DNA of 63,946 bases, counting the filler, from Reclinomonas americana ATCC 50394 (Eukaryota): assembly GCA_048213135.1 (NCBI GenBank). It is 5 parts of 3 records of this genome, joined end to end, with 100 filler letters (N's around TTAATTAATTAA, not from the genome) between each part and the next. Parts side by side here need not be neighbours in the genome. Positions count along the whole stretch, not along the records: positions 1 to 9,384 come from PS015316.1; positions 9,485 to 18,774 come from PS015316.1; positions 18,875 to 34,802 come from PS015316.1; 2 more parts are not named here. The stretch is one strand, 5' to 3'. Shown in pieces: positions 1 to 29,063 of the stretch. How positions within the stretch are numbered: the stretch's first letter is position 1; each line of letters starts with the position of its first letter. The notes below the pieces were generated by a model, which saw nothing but the letters and a program-made list of their open reading frames with translations, did no database searches and was not told the origin of the DNA. A program made the translations under genes and the position numbers.

Positions 1-51
1 GCGCTGTGGGTTTGTCGACTGTGGCAAGGGAGTTGTGCCTGACACTCTTAG

Positions 52-2253
52 ACGCAGCGTGTGTTGTGCTACTCGGCGGTGTATGGACGCGCTCCGGTGT
101 GGGACTGCTTGCTGCCGGAGACCATCACGAGTATGTGTGTCGTGGAGAGGCAGTGGCGCGATGAGGAGCAGGTGGAGGTGCAGTTTGGAGGGAATTTGTC
201 GGCGTGGGAAACCCAACTCATTATATCTCGCCCCACTTGCTGCCAGACGAAGAGCATGCCGGAGCAGGAGCTGCAGTTGTGTTGTGCATCGGAGGACACG
301 CTGGCGTGCCTGGATGCGGAGCACGGACGGGTGTTGTGGATGAGCAGTGCGGTGGCGAGTGGGATGCTGCCGGATACGTTTGTGGTGGGGCATGTGGCGG
401 CACATCCACTGGTCACGTTTGGAATGGGCAGGTGAGAAAGGGGGAAGAGGGAAGGGGGAAGGGAGGTGAAGAGAAGGGAGTAATGTCTCATGGGGTCGCT
501 GCGCTTTGTTCATGTGTGCGAGAGAGAGAGAGAGAGAAGAAGAAGAAGGAGAGAGTGAGACAATCAGGTGATTGCAATCGCGCGTGTCTGCACTTATGCG
601 CAGAGAGTACGTAGTTCGCACGGACTGTCTCTCTCCATCTCGCAAGTATGCACTTGGTGAGCTCTCTCCTGTCTCTCTCTCTCTCTCTCACTGGCACATT
701 TGAGTTGACTGTAGTCATGTGCGCCTTCCCGCGTTCTGTCGCACTGACTCTCTCTCTCTCTCTTTCTCTTTCTTGTCTCACGTACTGGTCGATCAATATG
801 TGTCAGTGAGAGAGAAGAGCGTCTAATTCGTTGAGAGCAATCGTTGAAGCGTTCAGACAGACGGCAGAGAGCATGTACTCGCCTGCTGTCTCTTGCACAC
901 ACAAGTGTATTGGTGTGCACGCCTTCGGAGCAAGAGAGAGAGAGAAGAGAGAAGCACGACCAAAGAGTTGGCTGCGATCCAGTGTGATCTCTCGCGGCCC
1001 TATTTTGTTTCTCACACAATACTGTGTCGGTGCGCACTACTGGAGAGAACACTCTCTCTCCTTCTCACACGCCTTCTCCTCTATCTACAGTGGCCAAATC
1101 GGCTTCTGGAATCCATCGACAGGCGAGTTGGTGCAGCATGTTCAGCTGTCAGCTGAGGACTTTCCTCCCGGATTCCGCCAGTCCAGGTTTGCTCTTTTTT
1201 CCCCTTCTAGTCTGCCAGGTGCGACCTTCGCCTCACTCGCTGCACCCGCAGAGTACGCCGACAAGAGAGCAAGACGCTGCCACAAATCTGTTTTGAGCGG
1301 CACTCGGCATTTGTGCTGTACGATGGACACGTCGTGCAGGTGGACATGAATACCATGCAGCTGGTTGGCGTGTACGCCGTGCCCTTGTTGCGTCGACCAG
1401 TATGCTGATATGAGAAAATCGAACCACCTGACCATGCTCGGCAGTGTGATGACGCGGGCGATTGCCTTGTCAGTGGCCAACGGTGTAGCTGTAGTCGAAT
1501 CGGACTCGGATCTGTGCGGCCGTATCACTGCAGTTGCGTGTCGCATGCTCACGCAGAGACTTGTGGTTGCATCCTTCTGACCCACTGCCCGAGCGCAGAT
1601 CGACGTTCTTCGCCAGCCCGGTCACGTGCTGTGGACGATTGATGCGGCGTACCCGAGCACCACTGGCATGATGCGTGTGCCACGGCACTGCATCTCGACC
1701 TCTAACAACATGCTGTACTTGGCCGGTGCCACTGGATCGACCATGTCGCAGACTGGCATTGTGTTTGTGGACTTGATGAGCGGCAAAAAGGTGAGCAAGA
1801 ACTTGGTGTGTGCTTCTGCCTTACGATATTTGCCTTAAGCCGGCCGCAGCTGCACAGCATGCGCTTTCCGAAGCCAGAGGCCGGTCGCAAGGAGATTTTT
1901 GGCTCGCCGTTGCTGATCAATGAGCGCCACCTCGGTGAGTGTTTGTTGAGGTTGTCGGTCTGTCAGTGCTTTTTTTCGTGCTGATTTTGATTCCCCCGTG
2001 CGACACGATAGTGGTGGTGCGACACAGCTTGGTACGTGATGCATTGTGAGTGTGTGGTGTCGTGCCGCACTCCTGACTGGGTGGTTGCAGGCGTCGGATT
2101 CGGAGTTTGTTGTCAGCAACCAAGCGTTTGTGATCGACACCGAGTCGCGCACCACACTGTACGGCTTGCCGATGATGGGTGTGGTCCGGCAGCCGCATGG
2201 TTGGTCTCTCTGAGGATGCTCGAGTGCTCCCCTCCAACAGCTGTCTCAATAAT

Positions 2254-2287
<34 letters not shown>

Positions 2288-2608
2288 NNNNNNNNNNNNN
2301 NNNNNNNNNNNNNNNNNNNNNNNNNNNNNNNNNNNNNNNNNNNNNNNNNNNNNNNNNNNNNNNNNNNNNNNNNNNNNNNNNNNNNNNNNNNNNNNNNNNN
2401 NNNNNNNNNNNNNNNNNNNNNNNNNNNNNNNNNNNNNNNNNNNNNNNNNNNNNNNNNNNNNNNNNNNNNNNNNNNNNNNNNNNNNNNNNNNNNNNNNNNN
2501 NNNNNNNNNNNNNNNNNNNNCAGTCATGGCGCGGTTTACTTTGTCAAGCGCACCGATCACGACCGAGTGTCTGTGGTGGTGGGCAGCTTCCTGGGAACGA
2601 CGCACTGA
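52..2608 (+). CDS. Multi-exon beta-propeller (PQQ-like/WD40-like) protein, 5' end outside the window
   Basis: GT-AG-bounded exons encode blade-like segments: TLACLDAEHGRVLW, GQIGFWNPSTGELVQ, IVFVDLMSGKK, FVIDTESRTTLY. The last exon after the N gap ends ...VVVGSFLGTTH*. Family not recognised. Confidence 0.5.
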
Positions 2609-2620
2609 TGCGTGGTGCGT

Positions 2621-8116
<5,496 letters not shown>

Positions 8117-8603
8117 GACTTCCAGAACGTTTCTCGTGGAGACTGGTGTGCGTTGGCTTCCGGAATGCATGCAATTGAAGAAAACTGGATGGAAAACCGG
8201 TCGATCGAGCAAAAAAAACACCCAGTCCTGCAAATCGCAGAACTTGCGAAAGGGAAAGTGTCAGTGAATACAGGCGCTGTGCCTGTGGCGCTTCAGAAAG
8301 ACGACTGTGGAACGCTTTGGAGTTGTCGGAAAAGCGAAATTTCCAAAATTCAACTTCTTTTCCCTCACTGCGAGCTATGCGGGGTGGTCACTATGCTGTT
8401 GCATTACTCTCTGTCTCAATTGCAGACAGCAGTGTGGGAACACAATTGAAGTGATCTCACCAGACGGCCGATCGACGAGAACCCCAATTTGCCGCCATTT
8501 CGTTCTCACACACTCACACACACGCACTTTATCGTCGCGCATACACACTGCGCACACACACGCAAGCGCCTGTCGTGCATCCACACGCGCACAAGCAGTG
8601 AGC

Positions 8604-15979
<7,376 letters not shown>

Positions 15980-16072
15980 AGACGGCGACACGTGCGTGCC
16001 TACGCAATGGCAAGAAATGAATCGCAGTATGGAGGGATTCTATTTTTTCTCTCTCGCTGTTTACTCGTGCAC

Positions 16073-19410
<3,338 letters not shown>

Positions 19411-19479
19411 TGTGTGTTTGTGAGAACAGAGTGAAAATTTGACTAAGTGCGCGGAGAAACACTGAGTTTGAGAGAGAGG
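19411..19479. promoter_or_regulatory. Putative 69-bp bidirectional promoter (IF3 / PH gene)
   Basis: Lies between inferred divergent ATGs at 19410 (-) and 19480 (+). Confidence 0.55.
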
Positions 19480-22400
19480 ATGGCGGTGAGTGCTGTGTGT
19501 GTGTGTGAGTGTGTGTGTGTGTGAGAGAGAGGAGAGCGTGTGTGTGTTTGCGAGAGAATGTCTGTCACTGTCTTATCTCTTCTCTCTCATTCACTCGTGC
19601 TTGTTGTTGCCCTTGTGTGTACATGAGCAGTCACAGAAAGAGAGAGGGAGAGAGAGAGAGCACGTACTCTGCCTGTTCTGTGACTGAAAGTGCATGATTG
19701 CAGTCAACTCATCTTACACACACACACACTCTCATACACACTCACGCACTCACACTCACACACTCTCTCACTCACTCATACACTCTTCACTCACAAACAC
19801 ACACACACACACACACACACTGCACTCAATCACTCACAAACACTCATTATTCACTCACTCACTCTCCCCCCTCAGTCCCCTCACTCACTGCACTCACCTC
19901 ACACACGCTGTCTCTCTCCCCTCACTCACCCCTCTCACCCCTCTCTCTCCCCTCACTCACCCCTCTCACCCCTCTCTCTCACCCCTCACCCTTCCCTCAC
20001 CCCTCTCACTCCCCCTCACTCCCATCACTCTCCTTCCCCTCTCCCTCTCCCTTCTCCCTTCACCTCCCCTCTNNNNNNNNNNNNNNNNNNNNCCCCTCCC
20101 TACCCACCTCCTACCTCTCCTCCCTCCTCCTCCTCCTCCTCCTCCTCCTCCCTCCCTCCCTCCCTCCTCCTCCTCCCTCCCTCCTCCTCCCTCCCTCCTC
20201 CTACCCTCCCTCCTCTCCTCCTCTCTCTCTCTCTCTCACGCCCTCCTCTCTCTCTCTCTCTTCCCTCCTTCTCCTCAGGAAATACGACGACCGTCACCTG
20301 CATCCTCCTCCGCCACCGCCGCCGCCGCCGCCTCAGCTGCTGCTGGAGGAAGTGGCAGTGGATCACTGGCACCCTCTGCTCCTCTCACTGCCTCGTCGTC
20401 CAGCTCGCAAAAGTACTCCATTGTCAAGCATGGCTATCTCACAAAGCAAGGTGCGTGGAGCAGTGTGTCTCCTCTCTTCCCTCTTCCTCACCCACCTTGC
20501 TGTGTCATTGTTTTGCGTGCACTCTGCCTTTGTTCTCTTCTCCCTTCCTCGCTTCTCCCTCTCCCACACCTGCGAGAACATCACTGTTTCGCTGTTGCAT
20601 GCATTCCTCCTCTGCTCACCTCCTTGCTTCTCCCATTCTCCCTCTCTTCCCTCACTCTCCTTCACCCGTGAGTACATCGCGTTGTCATCCCGTTGTTGTA
20701 TGCACTCATTTTGCGGTCTTGTCTCCGGCATCGCTTTCCGAGTCCCTTCACTCGCGAGAACCTCACTGTTTCACTGTTGCATGCAGTCCTCCTCTGCTTT
20801 ATTCCCTCTGCAGCCTTCTCCGTCTCTTCTCTCCCCTTCCTCGCCTACGAGAACGCCGCCTTGTCATCCCGTTCTTGCATGCACTCATTTTGTGCTCTTT
20901 GTCTCCGGCATCGCTTTCTGAGTCTCTTCACTCGCGCGCGCTCTCTCTCACTCACGAGAACATCACTGTTTCGCTGTTGCATGCACTTTCCTCCTCTGCT
21001 CTCTTTCCCCTCCCTCCCCTTGCTCCCTTCTCCATAACTCCCTCACTTCTCCCTCACTCCTTCTCCCTTGCCTACTTCCCAGGAAGCACATGGAAATCGT
21101 GGAGAAAGGTAACTCACTGTTCCTTACGATTTGCCGCTCTCTCCCCCCAACACTCACCATTTCTCGCAGCGCTGGTTCGTGCTCGAGAAAAACGAAGGTG
21201 TCGTCTTCATTGATCCCCCATCCTCATCACCCTCTCCTGTTCTCATCGCCGTCGCTTGCAGGCACGCTGAGTTACTTTGGCGCCGAAGTCGTTGCGTCGC
21301 GATTCCGCGCATGCATCGCCTTTCCATTTTCAGCTGACCCNNNNNNNNNNNNNNNNNNNNNNNNNNNNNNNNNNNNNNNNNNNNNNNNNNNNNNNNNNNN
21401 NNNNNNNNNNNNNNNNNNNNNNNNNNNNNNNNNNNNNNNNNNNNNNNNNNNNNNNNNNNNNNNNNNNCTGCAACGTTGAGTCACCCACCTCTGTTTGCTG
21501 TTTCTTCTGCGCGCCTTGTTGTCAGCGGGTCTTCCATTCCCGTTCTGTCACCCTCTCTCTCTCTCTTCTCCGTCCCTCCCTGCACTCGTCTCCCACGCAC
21601 TTGCTTTGTCTCATACAAAAACAGTTTATCCTCCGCTGTGTGCCTACTTATTAGCGGGCATTCCCCCCTCCTCCTTTCCTTTCAGTAGCACTCTCCCTCA
21701 CTCACCCGTCCCCCCTTCTCTCATTCTTCCTTGCTTCTCCTCTCTTCTCTGTTTCTCTCTCTCTCTCGGGCACGTGCATTTTCTTCTCGGCTGTCTCTTG
21801 TGCGTCTCGTTGTCCGCGAGTTACTCCACTCCTCTTCCAGTACTCTCTCCCACCCTTACCTCTCTCTTCCATCCATCCACCCCTCTTCTCCCTGACCAAC
21901 TCTCTGTTCCTTGCACACTCACATTTTCTCCTCCGTTTTGCGCCACTTTGCCAGCGGGTACGCTCTCCTCCCTTCCAGTTCTCTCTCGCACCCGTACCCC
22001 TTCCCTCCTCCCTTCCTCCCCCCCTCTCACCCTCTTCCTTGCTTAATCTCCGTTCCCCTCCCTTCCCCCTCCCTTCCCCCTCCCTTCCCCCTTCCGTCCT
22101 CCCTCCTTCCTTCCCCCCTCTCACCCTCTCCCTCACCCTTGTCCTCCCTTCCCCTCTCCCCACAGGCCTGGTCGACGACCCCTACATGAACCGCGTGCAA
22201 CTGCAAAACGTCGGCATCTCCCTGCAAGTCCCACAGCAGTGGCGACCGGGGCCGGTGCACTCGCAGCTGTGCATCCTCTCCAGTGAGGCCTTTGACACGG
22301 AAGCGTACCCCCCATGGTTCGTCTTCACACGCTTTCTTCGTGGAGCTTGTCAATCTCACAGCAGTTCTACAGGACGTGCCACTTTGCGCTGATGACGGAC

Positions 22401-25400
22401 CACGTCAAGCTCGATCCGGGCGAGGAGTTTGGTGCGGTGGTGCAGAGCATCATTCCCAGTGTCATTGGTCACTCTGAAGGTCCATCATTATCATCGCCCT
22501 TGTTTATGCCGCTGGTTTCCATGCTCTCACTCCAGCGTGTGTGTGTTGCGTGCGCATAGACTATGAAGAGGTGCAAGAGCTGCGGCGTGTGTCGTCGGCC
22601 TCGATGCAAATCGGGGAGGATGTGTATGATTTGGTGTACAAGACAGTTGCGTGCGATTTGTTCTCTTGAGCGCAGTTGACGACGATCCAGCTGTCACCAG
22701 GGTCACTCGCTCTCTCTCTCTCTCGCTGTCTCTCTCTCTCTCGCTGTCTCTCTCGTTCTCTCTATCTCCCTGTCTTTCTTCACACAAACACACACACACT
22801 CTCGCCGTTTGTCCCTCTCTCTTTCACATGGTTTCTCTGACTCTCTCAATTCCTTTCTCCTTCCTTCTTCGACCCCTTGCACTCAGTCGGTTTCTCTCTC
22901 TCTCTCTCTCTTCCTTGCACCTCCCTCCCTTTACTCACCCACCCTCCACAGACACTGTCGGAGCTCGACACGGACCAGCTGCTGCACGTCTTCCAAGCTC
23001 ACGTGTGGTACGTTGCACGACGGAGAGCAAAGATGAAAACCCTCCTCTCACTGGTCCCCCTTCCTCCAGGATGACATTCATCTGCGTCCGCCGCGACGTC
23101 TTCTTCATCAAGTTCTGCGTCAGCTCTTCGCTGTACCCGATCATGTACCCGCTGCTGGAGCGCATCCGCAACAATATTTCGCTGATGCACCTCCCCGAGG
23201 ATCCACTGACGCAGACATTTGATGGAGGTCTGCAATCCCTCCCGCTCTCCATACTCTCTCTCTGTTTGTGGCTGAATCATTCACAGAGTTCGAGTACCTG
23301 ACGTTTTTCTCGATCGACAACCGCTTCGAGATCCAGGTCCCGTACCGAACACTGGTACATCGCGGCGTGGGCTCCACCGACGCCTCCTTCTACTTTGACA
23401 CCATGACCGACTCGGAGTCGTACTCGTTGGATGCTGGCGCCGGTGGCTCCACGCCGTCGCCCTTCCGTTTTGATTTCCTCGCTGTCGATACGTCGGCGGG
23501 CGCGAATTTGACGGATTTCTCGCAGGTCCGTCGCCCTACTCGTGCCCTTCTCTTGCTGCAACTCACACGCCACTTTGCTCAGTTCGACATTGTGCGCTTC
23601 ATGATGGCCAAGTTCAACGCCATTTGCCAAACGTGCGTCGTGCAAGAGACGGAGAATTCGTTCCTGATGGATGCCGAGGCCGTGCGTCACGAATTGAACC
23701 TGCTGGTATGTTCTCGCCGCCCGATCTCTGCTTCTTCAACAACAACACATGTGAGTCAACCACTCGTGCATCACAGGATGATTACTCGACGGTGGTGGGC
23801 GTCGTCGTCAGTTGGACACTTGAGTATCGGCTCGGAACGAGGTGATTTCTTCTTGAACTTTCGCCATGCCTGCTTTCCACCTCGCTGACCTTTGCGCTTG
23901 CAGACCCATGTTGTGCTGCGCGTGGATGGGCATGTCGCCGTTCCGCCGGGCCACATCCGAGCGCATCCTCATGAAGAGTCTGCAGTCGCTGCGCGTGAGC
24001 GTCGACGGTCCGTCGGCCGCCGATGTTGATTTGCACGTGCTGGCGGAGCATTGTGTGGGTGCGTTTTTCGTCGCGCAAGGACGATCAGTTGCACTGTCAC
24101 CGCCTCACCCCTCGTCATTGCAGGTCTGTGTCAGTACACGAACATCAACGAGGGATTCAGTATTGCCTTCCCATCCACATGGGAGGTGTACGACGATGTT
24201 GCGTAGCATGCATGCATTGTGAGCGACTGTTGCGGAGAAGCTCATATGTGCGCNNNNNNNNNNNNNNNNNNNNNNNNNNNNNNNNNNNNNNNNNNNNNNN
24301 NNNNNNNNNNNNNNNNNNNNNNNNNNNNNNNNNNNNNNNNNNNNNNNNNNNNNNNNNNNNNNNNNNNNNNNNNNNNNNNNNNNNNNNNNNNNNNNNNNNN
24401 NNNNNNNNNNNNNNNNNNNNNNNNNNNNNNNNNNNNNNNNNNNNNNNNNNNNNNNNNNNNNNNNNNNNNNNNNNNNNNNNNNNNNNNNNNNNNNNNNNNN
24501 NNNNNNNNNNNNNNNNNNNNNNNNNNNNNNNNNNNNNNNNNNNNNNNNNNNNNNNGAATTGGCAGGAATCGTTGGCCTTTGGCCTCATCATCCCCGGCGC
24601 CAATCCCGGCGAGGTGCTGGGCATTGTCAAGGTGCGAGAGAAGAGAGAGAGGGAGAGAGAGAGAGAGAGAGGAGGAGAAGAGGAGAGAGAAAGAAAGAGG
24701 ACGAGAAAGAAAGCAAGAGAGAGAGAGAGAGANNNNNNNNNNNNNNNNNNNNNNNNNNNNNNNNNNNNNNNNNNNNNNNNNNNNNNNNNNNNNNNNNNNN
24801 NNNNNNNNNNNNNNNNNNNNNNNNNNNNNNNNNNNNNNNNNNNNNNNNNNNNNNNNNNNNNNNNNNNNNNNNNNNNNNNNNNNNNNNNNNNNNNNNNNNN
24901 NNNNNNNNNNNNNNNNNNNNNNNNNNNNNNNNNNNNNNNCGGGGTCAGAGAGGCAATTTGTGAGAGAAAGACACACTTAAAACAGTTTTAGTTGTAGAAG
25001 GAAAGCACACGAGACTTTTTGGCGATCACTGGTAGATGCTCATTGTTGTGTATGGATCAGTGAAGTTTCTATTATTATTATTTGTGTGAGAGAGAGAGCG
25101 AAATAGGGTGAGAGAGAAAGAGAGAGTGAGAGACAGAGTGAGCGAGAGACGGAAAGAGAGAATAATAGATAGAGCAATGAGGGAAAGCTATCCAGAGATA
25201 GACGTATTACTGTGCCGTCAATCTGTGAGCTGACTTCCAAGAACGTGGCAGGTGTTGCGTCAAGGCTGGCACCTGCCGTTGGCGACGCTGGTGGAAAAAT
25301 GGGTCGAGGACTTTTACGCCACGTACGGGTCGCCATCGGAGGACCGCAACATGCTAAGCACTCACAAGATTGGCGGTCACTTGTGGGGTGGTTTTGTGGT

Positions 25401-26194
25401 TGCGTTTACCTCCCATGGATGTGTGCCGATTATGAGCGAGGCTCACGGTGTGTACAGCATAATCCGTCGCGAGCGGCGGCGGAGACGACCGGTGGTTCCA
25501 AGTGCTTCCTTGTGAGGGTGAGTGGGGGGAGAAAAGGGCAAAGGAGAGAGGAAAGGTATTGAGTTTGTTTTTTGCCTGGAAGAGTGAGAACTCAGCAATG
25601 GTGAGCTGAAGATGGAGAGAACTCACCTGCTGCTGGGCGAATAGTGAAATGAGTGTTCTGAAAGAGCAGGCGAAGAGTGACAGATCTAGCAGTGGAATGC
25701 AGAGGTTGGGGGAAGGAGACATGAAAAGGCAGCATGCGAGGAGGGTGAGCGACTGAGATCTGCCTCGTTGTTGCGGAGACCCTGTTTGCCTTCCTTCATG
25801 AAACTTGCACTCAGTCAGTTGTCTTCTACCTGCTTTTTGTCGAGTCGCGAAACTGTTTTCTCTGTGCCTTCTGGTCGTTACCGTCTTCCTCTTGCTGTGT
25901 GCTTAATTCTGCTGATAATCTCGTTTCCGTGGAGGTTTATTTCCGTCTTCCACCGCGGTGTACGGTGGATCTCGCTGCTGATCTTCTCGTGTCGTCGTTT
26001 TCTCGATAGTGGTTTTCATCTTTTGTGGTTTCACTTCAAATCTATTCCATGCCCCAATGCTGACTTTTATTCTTCTTGCTACTTCTGAACATCCAGTCAA
26101 TCTCACTGGTTCTCCCCTCTCCTCCCCTCTCCTCCCCTCTCCTCTCCTCTCCTCTCCNNNNNNNNNNNNNNNNNNNNTGCAAAGATCGAGTTAA
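19480..26194 (+). CDS. PH-domain protein followed by two or three PsbP/Mog1-like repeats; 3' end approximate
   Basis: MA|EIRRP...KHGYLTKQG|STWKSWRK|RWFVLEKNE|GTLSYF is a canonical PH beta1-beta3. Downstream units open with NVGISLQVPQQW or DNRFEIQVPY and close with LLERIRNNISL or ILMKSLQSLRV. Gaps interrupt the model. Confidence 0.65.
20570..21000. repeat. ~190-bp intronic tandem duplication (2-3 copies) in the PH gene
   Basis: cgagaacatcactgtttcgctgttgcatgca recurs near 20573, 20755 and 20955; ttgtctccggcatcgcttt occurs twice. Confidence 0.8.
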
Positions 26195-27806
26195 GTCAGC
26201 AACGTGGCGATACGATGATTCGCCAGAGCTGAGCGGAAGCAAACGCACCATAATGTAGTCGGTCAGGCGCTTCTTATTGTCGAGTTCCTGGTCGGCCAGG
26301 AAGCAGCTGACCTCGCTGGGAACGGCACCGAGACGGGCCTTGAGCTGCGCGCATGGAGATAATTGACGATGAGACGAGGAGTACGCGAGAGGAGGGAGGA
26401 CTATAAACAAACCAGTGCGACGGAGCACGAGTGCGGGAGGGCCAGGGAGGAGGGGGAGGACGAGTTGCTCGGTGAGGGAGCAGAGGACGATCGCACGACG
26501 ATATTGTGCGTGCGAATAATCTCCTGTCCCAGGACCGAGGTGGCCACCTTGCCGAGGCCGTGCGAGATCTCGCGTTGTGCTTGCGCCACAATGGCACCCG
26601 ACAAGCACGCCGTCAAGCGCGCCACTCGATCGGTGCGCTCCGACGAACGGCCAGAGGCTGTGGCACAAAAAAGAGGGGGAAAGGATGAGCACTCAAAGAT
26701 CCCAACAGTTGTATGTGATGGAGTAGCACACATACACACACACCTTTGCTGGTGGCCTGATGAATCATTTCGGCCAGCTGTCGCATATCGTCGACAGCCT
26801 CCAGGCACGTGCGCAGCACCTCGGCCGGCATCTCTACAGTCGTCTTGCTGGCGGCGGCGGGTGCTTTCGGCTTCTCCACCGCCGGCATCCGTGGCGCGAG
26901 GTACGCATCGAGAGCGCGATACTCGTAGTGCTCGGCCTCGGCACGGAGCGCACACAAGTCCACGGCGCTCATAAAGTCAATGCCAGCGATCTTGCCGTCG
27001 CGCATAAAGTTGAGCACGTGCGCAAACAGGTCGCCGCTCCTGTGTGCATACGAAAGGGTGGCGGTTGAGCATAACGAGTAAATTCACAAGGCATGCAGAG
27101 GCGTCACTCACCGATCGACAAACACGCGACCCTCGCAGTCCATCAGAGTGCCCTGCTGCATGCCGTTCGCGATGCGCGCCAGACGAGGGGCGCCACAGCC
27201 GGCCAGCGCAGTGCGATCACAGCAGAAAATCTTGCCGCCGACATTGAGGTGCACGAGGCGCATGGCGTTCAGCGGCGACGGTTCTGCGCGAGACGTGTCA
27301 GCGACGGCGATGGTGCATGTTCATGGAAAAAAGAGCTGAACGCAACGAGTGGCGACAGGCAGCGGGGCAGCACTTCGCAAGGCAGCTGCTTTGGGGTGGG
27401 GAGGAAAGTCAGTACGCATGAGAGAGTGAGGCTTGCCATGGAAAAGAGCAAGCACAAACCAGGTGTGCTCCTGCTCGTCGGCGACGCGGGAGAGATGCAA
27501 GCGCGGGTGGGCGAGGGCGACGCCGACAGCGGCCGCAGCGGCTGCTGCTGCGGCGACAACGACCGCTGATACCGCAGTCCATTGACGACCGCCGGCGACG
27601 GCTTCCCCGCAGCAGAAGGTGTCATCGACGCAGCAGCAGCAGCCGCAGCAGCTGCCACTGCACTCGACGGCGACGCCGGCAGTGTAATGCGCAAGCTGTT
27701 GGCAAACGCACTGGTTCGTCGTTGCGCCTGCATCGGATGATTGGGCGACGACACGGAAAGTGCCGGTGGCGCTGCTGTCGCCACTTNNNNNNNNNNNNNN
27801 NNNNNN

Positions 27807-27841
<35 letters not shown>

Positions 27842-28339
27842 GGCCACTGCTCCAACACAGCCTTGGCCGACACCACAGCATCCTCCAGTGGCGACACAGT
27901 CGTCGGTGCCACCACCACTACAGTCGACGATGCCACAGCCTCCGCCGCAGAAGCAGCTGCAGTTGCGTCTGCGGCAGGTGCCGGTGACACCGACGTCGTC
28001 GATGACTCAGCCACCTTGAGCATGTTCTCCTGCTCGTCCTCCTCCTCGTCATCCTCGTCCTCACCCACTGGTCTCAGCTCCTCAAGACTGCCTCGTCGCT
28101 GTTCCGCGACCATCACCTTTCTGCGCTTCAGTTGCGGTGGTGATCCGTTGCTCCCAGGCACTGCTGCTGCTGTTGTTGTTGAAGAGGAGGAGAGAGGGCG
28201 TGGAAGTGGCGATGATTGAGGGAGATCATCGCGGCCTGTGTAAAAAGAGAGAAAAACGATTTTGAGGTTTCTGTGGAGAGAGGCAGAGAGAGGGGCAGGA
28301 GAACGCACTTGACAGCCGCCGCTTGCGAATCATCAGCAT
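26178..28339 (-). CDS. KCTD/T1-type BTB/POZ domain protein with long disordered N-terminus; 3' end uncertain
   Basis: VHLNVGGKIF...GRVFVDR|SGDLFAHVLNFMRDGK...LRAEAEHY is the BTB_2 signature. Start is MLMIRKRRLS|, followed by a poly-Q/Ala-rich region. Confidence 0.8.
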
Positions 28340-29063
28340 GGTGGTTTGGTGAGAAGTTGCGTTATTCGCTGTTGTGTGTGGGCGAGTGAGAGTCAGTCAC
28401 GCGGCACGCTCTCGCGACTGGCTCGTGCGTGTCACCACCACAACAATGGAAAACAATCAAACAGTGTGTCTCGCTGTGTGTGTGTGTGTGCAGTGTGTGT
28501 GTGTGTGTCTGTGCGCGCGTCCACTGATGTGCAGATGTGAATTGTCAGAGTGTGTTTGTGTGACGAACCTGTCTCCTTCGCAGTCGAAGATTTTTTTTGA
28601 TCAATGACAAACGAAAAAACCGAATTCGCAATGTTCGGTTCGGGTTTTTGCGTGATATCTTGGTGGTGGTGATGGGGAGGTGGGGGCGGGTGTGGCGGTG
28701 GCGGAATTGTTTAAAGGGAGAGGAGGGGAGGGAGGGAGGGGAAGAGGGTGCGGAGAGGGGGAGTTTTAATACTGTATAACGTGATATTCGAATACTGCCG
28801 CGCGCGGTAACCGAACAAGATGCTGATGGAAACAGAAACGGCTAAGAGTGTAAAAATGCAGAGCGGGGGAATGGTGGTGAAGGAGGACGAGTTTTCGTTT
28901 GCAATTCGGGAAAGGATGAATGGGCTGTTGGTGAAAGATGGCTTTTCAACTAATATTGTTTGTTAGTCGACGTCAACACGCAAATCTGGCTGTTGACTGA
29001 CGAAGAAAACGCTGAGCGTCTGCAAGTGTGACAGATGTCCACCGCTCAACATCGCGGTTATCG

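Noticed and set aside
20570..21000. Repeat-spacer pattern resembling CRISPR
   Set aside because: The 'spacers' are themselves duplicated, the context is a eukaryotic intron, and no cas genes are present.
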